DNA of 64,000 nucleotides from the NCBI GenBank assembly GCA_965112735.1, contig OZ218951.1, forward strand, positions 1,798,001-1,862,000, given 5' to 3'. The stretch is from Phaeosaccion multiseriatum. Lineage: Eukaryota > Protista > Ochrophyta, other classes. Shown piece by piece: positions 20,901 to 30,649 of the stretch. The notes below the pieces were generated by a model, which ran no database searches, was not told the origin of the DNA, and saw only the letters and a list, made by a program, of their open reading frames with translations. The position numbers and the translations under genes are program-made. Each line of letters opens with the position of its first letter. Positions within the stretch are counted from its first letter, which is position 1.

Positions 20901-23900
20901 AAGAGCGCCCACACCGGCTTCCGGTAGAAGAACAGTCTGTGCGCCATGCCCTCGCACTCCGTCACGTAGAAGCAGCCCCTCACCAGCGGTACGACAAGAC
21001 CCTTGAACACCCACAGCACCACTCTCCTCATGACTCTGCATCGGTACAACGAGTCGCTCAGGGGGACGGTCGTCTTCGATCTCGACGTGCTGTGGCACCG
21101 CGCCCCTCCCCCCCCCTCTGTTCTGGTCGCAGCAGCAGCAGCAGCAGCAGTTGGTGATACACCAGCAGTAGCAGCAGTACCAGGGGCCCTATGTCCTGCG
21201 ACCTTGTCCTGCACCCTCTCCTTGCCCTTGAGCCATGACACCTCCCCGACTCGGAGCCCCTCCATGGCCTGCCTCAGATTCATCCGCTCGTGGCGTCTCA
21301 GCGTTAGAAAGTAGGCCACATGCTTGAGGAGCTGCCGAAGGTTTCTTTCACCGCCCAACAGCCCGACAGGGAGTACGCTTTGCAGCACGGCGCGAACAAA
21401 AGCGCACACCCCCTCGGGGCAGGACGACAGCTTCTGAAAGTCGGCCGCCGCCGCGGAGTCTGTGTCTATGTCCTCTTGCTCCTCCTCTTTCTTCTTGCTC
21501 GTGTTGTTGGTGCTCTTCTTCTTCTTCTCGCTTTCTCGTTCCTCTTGCTTCTCTTGCTTCTCCTCTCCCTCGTCCTTCTCATCCTTCGCCTCCTCCCTCT
21601 TCTCGTCGTCGTCTTCCCTCTCCTCGTCATCTTCCTTTTCCTCCTTCTCCTCCTCCTCCTCCTCCTCCTGCTGCTGCTGGTGCTGCTCCACATCCAGCAT
21701 ATTGTCATCCGGTTGGGTCATCTCGATATCGCTGTCTTCGATGTCGAATCCACCGCTTAAGGGGTCGTCGTCGTTATCGCTAAGCTCCAACTCGGTGTCA
21801 CTCGCGTGGGTCAACTCCTCGTCTTCCTCCTCCTCCCCTCTCTCCTCCTCCTGCGCGGCTACTCCTCGTCCCTCCTCGGCACCTGCCCCCCCAAGTCGGG
21901 CACTGTCATCCCTCCCCTCCCATCCACTGCCATCCAACCTCCTCTTGCCAGCGTCGGCCTCAACATGTCTACTTGCTCCGCACCCACCCGCCACACCCTC
22001 CACCTCGTCGCGAGCCTCTTCATGGCGCTGCTTGGATTGCGGCAGGGACAGGCAGAGGATTCCTGCGTCATCTGTGCCTCCTGTGGCCTTTGGGCTGAGG
22101 TCATCGCTGTAGAACCACTCGCCGCTAGCCTCCTCTTCGTCGGGAGAAGAAGAAGCGCTCTGCTTTCCATTTGCTCTTCCTCCTGCAGCCTCAGCCCAAT
22201 TCTCCTTCTCTTCAAGTTGGTCATCTGCCTCTCCTCCCTCGTCGTCGTCCTCTGTGTCTATGTACACATACTCCTCCTGCGAGAGATATCCTCCCTCCGA
22301 AAGATCCCAAGAGATCGAAGGGCAAGGCAAAGAGCGGGAGAGGGTCGGAGAAAGCACACTAGCCCCTCCTCCTCCTCCTCCTCCTCCTCCTCCTCCACCA
22401 CCACCACCACCACCACCACCACCACCACCTTCTCCGCCTACGGTTCTCAGCCCCTCTCGCAGCTCGTTCGTCCCTTTCCCGTCCCGTCGCCTGCTCTTCT
22501 GATCCCTCTTCTTCTGTTGCCTGTGCCGATGCCTCGTGGTTTTGTAGGCCTCTGGCAGAGGGCAATGCTTGTCCAACTTCACCCCGAAGCTGCACCGCTG
22601 CAAGCGGCGCAGCAGAGCCTCAAAGAGGGGAATTCCTTCCCCGGCCAAACGCTTCGGAATCCCCCCTCGGCTTCCTGCTCCTACACCTGCTTCTTCTTGT
22701 TCTTCTCCTCCTCCTCCTCCTCCTCCTCCTCTTGCCCCCCCTCCCATAAGCTGACTTTGCGCCAAGGATGTTCCCAGCACCTCTCTCATGAGCTTTATGG
22801 CCGTAGCGTGTAACAAGCGCTTCTTCTCTCCAGCACATTGTCTGACGCCTCCGTCTGCGTTCCAGTTTCTCGCTCTACTAGATGCTGCTGCTGCTGCTGC
22901 TGCTGTTGCTGCTTGCTCTCCCTGCCACTTCGCCGCAGGAGCGGAAAGTCCCTTCACCATACCGTAGAGGCTGCTGGCCCCTCCCCTCTCGAGCCCCGGT
23001 GCCTTGACGAAGCTATCCGCGTAGTACATTGCCCGGCGTGGCAGCCAAACACAAGACGGATTCACGTCACCGTCCCGCGCCCTGCCTAGGCTGGCGCTGG
23101 GAGAATCGGCAGAGGAGACCTTGCAGGCGGTAGGAGCACAGACGCCACCATTGACACCTCCTCCTGCTTGGCTCAGTACGGTGTGGCCGCTTCCGGTACT
23201 GCTGCTTCGCCTTGGGAGCACGCTGCTGCTGGTCCTACTCCTGCTACTGAGGAGACTGCCACACCTGGGCAAGATACCCTCGCGCCTGCGTGTGCCACCC
23301 CCCGTGGTTGCGGCAGCTACCGACTGCTCCACCGCTCCCTCTCCTTCTCCTTCTCCTCCTCCTCCTCTTGCTGTATCACCAACTGCTGTATCACCAACTG
23401 CTGCTGCTACTCGCTGTGGCTGTGACGGCTGCACACGCGGGTCTTCCTCCGCCCGTTCCGCAGCCCCACCCACCTGTTGTCCTCCCCCTCCTCCCCCTCC
23501 CCCGCCACCCATTCCCCAGAAGGTGAGGCTCCGCTGATGTCTGACCACATCAGGCAAGGGCGGCCCTGCCAGCTGCAAGTAGCAGGCGTTGGGCAGGCGC
23601 TGCAGGATGGTGTGGTGCAGGAGGAGGTGGAACATCAAGTCGTCGCCAATCCTCGACAGCAGCGTCGTCCACGGCCTTGTCTGCAGCTCGTTGAGAAGCG
23701 TGTTGGGGAACACACACTCCATGCCATGGGAACTCTGGGTGGGAGAGGGGGAGAGTGTGGGCACCGCAGCACAGCATAGGACAGGACAAACAAGGAAGAG
23801 AAGGACTTTGTTCGTTGGGCGTTGTCATTTCGGTTTGGGGATGCTTAGGAGGCGAAAAGAGTGGGTGTAAGCCTGAGTAAGCTGACAGCGCTTGCTTACT

Positions 23901-24084
23901 GCACGTCCCCGCAACACGTTTCTTTCGCCAGGCCGCCTGAGTAGTAGCATTGTGAGAACATACGTTGTCCGGCACTCACCAGCAATTGAAACTCCGTATT
24001 GGCACGCAGGATGCGGTAACCGAGAGATAGCACATTCTTCCCCGTAACCGCCGCCATGGACGTGACCTGTTGTTGTTGGTGTTG

Positions 24085-24157
<73 letters not shown>

Positions 24158-25245
24158 ATTGCCCGCTTCCCCCCGCCTCCTGATGCCAACCCCCCCCCTC
24201 CTCCTCCCCCCGCCCCTCGACATGGACCACCGCCCCCGCCTCCCGTAGCTCCTCCAGAGCCCACACTGTTGCTGCGTATTGCACTGGCAGCCTTGATGAG
24301 CACACCAATCACTCGGTGGATGATCTCACTCATGGAGCTCTGCTGCAGCAGCGAGGTGTTGACAGAGACTGGGGGAGGCGGGGCCGCCGGGAGAGGAGAG
24401 GGCGCGACGATGGTCTCGCGTAGGAGGGTCATGTAGTCGGCTTCATCGCTGTCCAGAACCAGCTGCTTGTGCTCGTGTGATGGAGCCTGCTGAACGATGT
24501 AAGGGTTTTGCACCACTCGTCCTCGAGGTGGCCGGGTAGAGGAGGACGATGAAGGTGATGACGAAGATGAAGGTGAGGATGAAGTGGTGCCACCACAAGG
24601 GTTGGATGCCGAGGCGGAGGCAGCGGCCCCAGTAGTGGCCGGCGAGCTCTTCGGCAAAGAAGAGCGACGAGCATGCTGCTGTTGGCCCTGTCGGACACGA
24701 GCCATCCACCCTTCCAGGCACTCGCCGAGGGACGACGTGGTGAGGAACAGCTCCTTCAGCATCCATTGCATATTGTCCTTCTTCCTCGCGCCATTGTTCA
24801 GGTAGTCGCTACGATTTCTGTCCAGACTACGCACGCTCCTCTGGTTGCTCCGTCCCTTGCTGCCACCGCGATTGGTTCCAACTGCCGCCTCCCCCCTCCC
24901 CGACTTCTGTCTCTGCTCCCCACTCTTGTTCTTCGATGGCGGCTTGGCATGCTTTCTCCGATGTTCTGAGGAACGAGGTACCTTCCCCTTTCCCTTTTCC
25001 TCGGTTCGTATGGCCCTGCCAAGGCCTCCTTGGCTAGCAGGAGCGGTAGGCGCCCTCCCATCATCACGCTCTCCCCCAGAACTAATGACAGCAGCACCCC
25101 GTTGTTGTGCATTCGGCTCTGACTCCTCCCCCGACTTCAGTAGTAGCCGTGCTCTCTTCTTGCCACCTCCCCCTCTGGCCGCTGCTGCTGGCGACGGAGT
25201 CCCATCCCAATCACCATTCCCCTCCCTCTCCCTCTTCCTTCCCAT
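15920..25245 (-). CDS. TERT: Telomerase reverse transcriptase; very large, multi-exon
   Basis: All TERT motifs in order: TEN (KNVLSLGY; FPNTL...WTTLLSRIGDDLMFHLL...YLQLAGPPL), CP (FGVKLDKHCP), QFP (VCAFVRAVLQSVLP...GGERN), T (FYVTE...FFYRKPVW), 1 (IRLIPK), 2 (RPITN), A (FASVDIKHCYDSV), B' (GIPQGSVLS), C (RLIDDFLFIT), D (YGLIINPVKT), E (FPWCGL), then CTE-like exons. Confidence 0.97.
18141..18153 (+). other. Two telomeric repeats (AAACCCTAACCCT; AGGGTTAGGGTTT on the TERT sense strand) inside a TERT intron
   Basis: Read directly. Lies in the intron 17945-18202, which separates the motif B' exon from the motif C exon. Function unknown. Confidence 0.75.
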
Positions 25246-25521
25246 CTCGTCTGAAAACCAAATTTAAACAAATTAGCTCCCTTTGGAAGGCGTAGAGTAC
25301 AGATTCTCATGATCTCATCTCTCCCAGATGATGGAGGCAATCCTGCTACCTCTCGCCCTCCTCCTTTCTTCCTGTTATAGTTGTTGAACACGAAAAGTGT
25401 GAAGCTCACGCGTTGGTGATCAAATCACAGTTGGATCCGACGTTAGGTTTTTTTTATTTTTTCCGCTCTCGCTCTCGCCCCTCTCTTCCCACCCACCCTC
25501 CTTCCCCATTCCCCCCTTGAA

Positions 25522-25971
25522 ATGATGAGAAGCGACTCTATTCCTCTTTATGACACGCTCATTTGCGATTCGGTTAGGAACGAACGGCGAAGCAAGCAGA
25601 GGCACGCCTTCTTTCCGTCGAGCCAGCACTCTCTCCCTTTGCGTCCGCGCAATGTCCCGATACCGTTGAGCTTGATAGAAGGTCTCAAGATCCAGAACTA
25701 TGCCGCAGTGGACGTAGACCAGCGGCAGCTAGAGCAGCAGTGGCAGCAGCAAGAGCAGCAGGCGAAGAAGCTGAGACGGAAACGGGAGCGAGCAGTCCGT
25801 CAGTTGCGGGCAGGCTTACCTCTACCAAGCTCCGATGCGAGTAAGCAGTTTCACACGTTCTTAGTAAATAAGACGGCCATGCTTCAAACCCAGAACTCTG
25901 CATCTTCCCACCGCACGAGAATAAAGGAGGGTAAGGCGGCTCTGGCTCTGCCGGGCGTCAGACTGCTGTGA
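25522..25971 (+). CDS. Hypothetical 149-aa protein, divergent from TERT
   Basis: Single ORF of non-repetitive, protein-like composition with a Q/R-rich coiled-coil centre. Starts ~280 bp from the TERT start. Family not recognised. Confidence 0.5.
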   Translation: MMRSDSIPLYDTLICDSVRNERRSKQRHAFFPSSQHSLPLRPRNVPIPLSLIEGLKIQNYAAVDVDQRQLEQQWQQQEQQAKKLRRKRERAVRQLRAGLPLPSSDASKQFHTFLVNKTAMLQTQNSASSHRTRIKEGKAALALPGVRLL

Positions 25972-26504
25972 ACGATAACGGCGTGAGCTCCAGCAAGGCG
26001 CAAGGCGGTAACGGCTGGTGCTACGCTGCCGTCGCCTTCAAGAGAGAGGGACTAGAGAATCTATCGACTTTCTATGATCAGAATGGACGCAGCTCATTTC
26101 TGGGCAGAGCACTACTAAGGCCCAAAAATGCCGCCTGATATCGGCCCCTGACATGCTTCTGAGGCGACCCTGCTTCCTGCTTCTGGCCGGCACCAGCCGG
26201 CCTGCTTCCTGCTTCTAGACTGGCCTGTCTCAGAAGCATGTCAGGGGCCGACTGACAGGTGGTTGGGAGGAAGCAGCACGATAAAGGAGGGTAGCAGAAG
26301 TATCTTCAGCAGCGGGATAGCAAGGAGAAAAAGCGTCCCATGAGTGTCTTCATTAGCTGGATGGCAAGAAGGAGAAGCTTCCCATGACATGGGCCTGTCA
26401 AGCTCACTTGAAGAACCCCTCAGACTTGACCCTCGCCTGTCCAGCAATCAGGAAGCACTCACGCCGTGCGAAAGAAGAAGCTCAATGTGGGAAACAGAGG
26501 AGCT

Positions 26505-26724
26505 GACTTGACGTGCACCCAGCACCTGCCAAACGGAGTCAGGAGTAGTGCCCTGATCGAGAAGGCAACAGCCCAAAAACAAGGAGACGGCAGTCGACGG
26601 CAGCAGGTGGGGGGGGCGGGGGAGGGGCGTTATGGGTGCAAATACGTCCAATGTAAGCTTTCGAGTGAAGAAAGAAGCCACGCCTTTCTTGTATCCTTCC
26701 TGTTGTCCTCGCCATCGTCCCTTC
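26505..26724 (+). repeat. Dispersed repeat, copy A (homologous to 33451-33680)
   Basis: Shared blocks gtgccctgatcgagaagg..., aacaaggagacggcag..., ggtgcaaatacgtcc.atgtaagctttcgagtgaagaaagaagccacg.ctttcttgtatccttcctgttgtcctcgccatcgt. Confidence 0.85.
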
Positions 26725-27299
26725 TGGGGAGGGTGGAATGCTGTTGGGAAGGGGGGAGATGGCGCGAAGAAGGGCGGGGTTATTGTCATGGTCTCATGGA
26801 CATGTTCAAGGCCATCGCGAAGCAAGAGTGTTTTCAACAATGAAGTGAAGGTGCGACAGGCTCATGCCAAACAGCAGCAGATGACATAGATTCAGGGCCA
26901 GAAAGAGCGGGTGGCCCAGCTGCAGTGAGCCCAGAGCAGGGGAGCGTGGAATCCGGCGAGCACGCCCAGCGGCCACTACTGGATAAGGAGAAAGATGTAC
27001 TGACCGACATAATAGACTGTTTGTACGTGTCTGCCACTACTGATGCTGTCGCAGCGGATGCCAACACCATCTTCGGGGTGTGCCAGAAGCTCGAGGACCA
27101 ACAGCGCCCCGGCCTCAAGGGACTAGCGAAGCCACGGTAGGAGTAATAAGGTTTAAGAAACGGAACATGTACATTTAAAATCCTCTGAATCTTCTTGTAT
27201 GCATGGCGACACTGTTGACAGGTGACGCGCTTCCCATCCTTGCTCGCCCCTGTCAGATGCGCTTCACCTTCGCACAAGGCACGCGCTCACACTCTAGCA

Positions 27300-28240
27300 T
27301 CACCAGTCCACTACTAACGTCGCCGGTGGGGGCGCACCAAAGCCCCCCTCCACCACGGCCTCTCTCCTCTCTCTCCGGCGGTCGAGGCCCTGCATGAACA
27401 CGGTCTCGTCATCCTGCTGCATGGCTGCGCCTCCAGAGATAGACGAGGCGTCTTTGTGAAACCGCATGACGCCTCCTTGTTGCTCACACCTGACCCCGTC
27501 TTCGGCGCGTGCTGCTCCCCCAGCTCCGTTACGCGAGCGGACGTTGGCAAAGTGGTGCTCGACGATGTGCTGAGCCAGCTTTCTCAACTTGTACTCTGGC
27601 CGGGTGAGGTAGTACCTGATAGGGATGGTGGAGAGAGGGGAGAAGGGGGAGGGAGCGGGTCTGGGAAGGCCAGAATCTCGCCTTCTGGGGGTGGAGGGCT
27701 TGGCGAGGCGGCAGGCGACGAGCACAATCTTTTCCCCTCTCTATCCCAGCCCACACCGGTAGTCCCGTCGACGGTTCACGCTATTACCTCCAACACGCCG
27801 TCGAGCCGTGGATGGTCATCTCAAGGTCGTGGTAGCACTCAAAGTAGGGGATGAAGCTCTTCCGCAATACTACCACTGGGTACCTCCCGTTGTTGTGCGC
27901 CAGCAGCACCTCCCACCACTCGTCAAGCCACTTCATGACCACGTGAAGGCGCTGAAGGGGTGACACCTCCGCTCCCTCTCGTACACCTTTTCGTCAAGTG
28001 CCTGGATGCAGGGGTCCTCGACTGTTCATGGTGTCGAAAAAGTTGTTGACGTGCAGGCAGTAATCCCTCATGGGTTGGAGCTGCCAAGTATGGATGTCGC
28101 GTCCGGCCCAACATAGGGTCCTTGCCCTGCCGTCTGGGCCCTCCGTCTTACAAAAGTTGTGGATGAGGCGAACCATTGTCATGCTTGCAGACCTGGGCAT
28201 TCAGTCGCACCTTCATCCACCGGAACACATTGAAACTGAC
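27300..28240 (-). mobile_element. Decayed P-element/THAP9-like DDE transposase fragment
   Basis: Collinear P-transposase-like motifs: MKVRLNAQVC (ATG 28216, followed by a 1-nt frameshift), VNNFFDTMNSR, KSFIPYFECYHDLEMTIHG and LRKLAQHIVEHHFANVRSRNG. These resemble the family motifs MKVxLAAQ, FDxxNS and QDxLENFFxxIRxRGG. Contains stops and frameshifts. Confidence 0.75.
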
Positions 28241-28258
28241 GCACCATACCGTACCATA

Positions 28259-30499
28259 TCACAGGTCGTCGAACAAGGAAGGCATGGCTTGGCCAATCTC
28301 CCAAAGCGCCACGCCAGCCATGCCCAACTCTTGGGCCAATGCCAGTCTGCGCCGCACAAAGAGCCGGGTAGGGTAGGTCATCACATGACCGGGCCACTGG
28401 AAGATGTGCTCACTGATGCCTGCTTCCTGCCACTTGATCTCCACCCCCAGTGATGATGGTGCTGACTGCTCGGACAATCGCTGCACCACGCCCTCGCCCG
28501 TGACTGCCTCTCCATTGTCGTAGCCGTACATGGGAAGTCCGAGGAGGAGCTTCTCGGGATGGACACGAAGATTTTGCACCGTATCCTTGGCCCACTGCAA
28601 GGGAGCTACGGGCACCCCGCCCCGGCCATGCGGGTAGTCATAAGTCATTAGCGAGTACCTGAGGAGACACAAAGGCGACGAGAGGTGGGATTTCGGGACG
28701 TGGAGAGTAGGGGGTCGAGAGGTTGGGGGGCGAAAGATTGTGAGCAGGCGTCACGCAGCTTCACAGGAACGCGTCCTTCAAGTCGTAGTACCGTAGCCGG
28801 CAGGGACGAGAGAGGGTGAGCGGAAAGCGTCGGCGAGATGTCCGATCGAATCGACTGCGGCCTTCCTTACCTGTCTGCGAATTTGTCAATGACTTGGAAG
28901 GCTTCGGACTCCAAGTCGATAGGAGCCGGTGGGAGGACCAGGATGAGAGATAAGTCTGCTCCGCCTGGCGTAGACGTCTGTGCCGCACAGAAGGAGAGGG
29001 TGGACATATGAGGATTAAGGTGGGAGAGTAACCAGAACCCTAACAAACATGTAAACAAACACGACAGACGAACAAAATGAGTAACAAGGAATTTCCCCTC
29101 CCGAGGGGTTCAGCATTACGTAAACGTACCTTGAGAATGAAGAGGAGCTGGGCCGCGAGCCGCCCCACAGGCACCTCCAGCACGAAACCGTCGTACCCCA
29201 CCGCCGCCGCCTCCTGCCCTAGAAGCTGTGCCATCATGTCCAGATCGGCATGTGTCAAGGGCCTGCTGGGCTCAATGACTACTCGAGGAACGATCCGTGG
29301 AACGTGTTCGGGCCCAGCAGAAGCAGAAGCAGAAGCGGCAGCAGTAGCAGCAGCAGCGGCCGCAATGCCCTGGTGATCACTGTCGTCGTCATCGTCGTCG
29401 TCATCATCCTCCTCCTCGTTGTCCCTGCCTTGCCCATTGCCAGAGCCTTCTTTGCATGACCCACCTTCAGCAGACGTGCACACCTCATCATCATCTGCAG
29501 CCACTTGCTTTTGGGGTCCAGCAGGAGGCCCAAACTTGACGTGCTCCAGCCACTCTTTGTCGACATCGTGACCACCGGTCAGTTCCATCATGCCTTCTGC
29601 TTCCTTCGTCCTGAGCTGGTACCAAACAGGACTGATCTGTTACTCGAACAAAGCATACGTGAGACAGGGGGCACGTCAGCAACATCGAAGAGGGCAGAGC
29701 AAGATGGAGCGAAGAATGAAAGCTACAAAGCACCGAGCTCTGTCCATACTTGCGCAAACTAACGGAGCTAAAACATCCTCCGTGCTCAATAACCCCCACC
29801 CCCCCCAACTCTCTCTCTCTCTCTTCATTGACATAGCCTCAATTCCCCATACACTACTCTTCCGCCCGGAGCCCCACTCACCCAGTCTATCTTGGCGCGG
29901 TACTCCTGCAGGGAGGAGAAGGGAGAGCATCATGATAGCAAAACAGAGTCAGTGGATATCGCAGTGCTTGGTTGCAGCGCCGAAAGGCTTCAAAAACACC
30001 GCCCCAGCAGTATCCTCCACAGGATAGGGGTGGCGACCTTGAGAAATTCGTCGCGCTACATGAGGCCACCACCAATCCCGCCGTGCGTTCGTTCTTCCCT
30101 CTATACCTTGGCATGATCGTATCCTTTTCCGTTCCATGGGGTGACATATGCGAGCGTCTCTCCTTTGCTGAAGACTGCAGAAGAGCTGTCCGAGGACGAC
30201 TTACCTCCCTCCCGGAGGATGGAAGCGGCATCGATATTGCGTAGAGCTGCCTCATCAACATTTTTATCCACTTTACCGAGTGCATGACCTTCCTCTCCAT
30301 CGTCTTCATCTTCATCCTCATTTACCCTGCCATAATTTTCCTTTTCTTTGCCTTCCTCGGCTCTCGCAGAAAGTGCCCTCCGGGCAGAGACAGTGGGAAA
30401 ACTGTCTAGGAGAAGCGCTAGAAGGAGGAGGAGGAAGGGTAAGACGACAAGGGAATAGGGGGCGGACCCCAACGCATGCCGCCGTCTGGAATAAGGCAT
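28259..30499 (-). CDS. CHID1: Chitinase domain-containing protein 1 (GH18-like, probably inactive)
   Basis: GETLAYVTPWNGKGYDHAK, TGGHDVDKEWL, DGFVLEV (degenerate GH18 motif), YSLMTYDY, PVAPLQW, KLLLGLPMYGYD, GVALWEIGQ. Hydrophobic N-terminal segment. Start codon uncertain (30499-30613). Confidence 0.9.
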
Positions 30500-30649
30500 A
30501 CGAAGCCGGGGGGGGGGGAGCCCAGATCCCAGTGGTGCAGATTCTAAGTGCATGTGTTGTGCTGGAGCGTCGTCCCTGTTGAGACTTTGAACTTGGGCGA
30601 TTTTCCGACGCATTTCTAAAAGCACCCGATTTTGGGAAGGGAGTGCGAC

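Noticed and set aside
15920-25245. Possibility that the RT is a retrotransposon, Penelope-like or bacterial-type RT
   Set aside because: It has the telomerase-specific TEN, CP, QFP and T motifs and spliceosomal introns, and I see no endonuclease or integrase domain.
19575-25295. Long plus-strand ORFs (poly-C, poly-S, poly-L) overlapping TERT
   Set aside because: Shadow frames of GC-rich low-complexity coding sequence, with no independent motifs.
29037-29045. Other short telomere-like matches (AACCCTAAC here; GGGTTAGGG at ~51849)
   Set aside because: Only ~9 nt, expected by chance in 64 kb, with no supporting structure.
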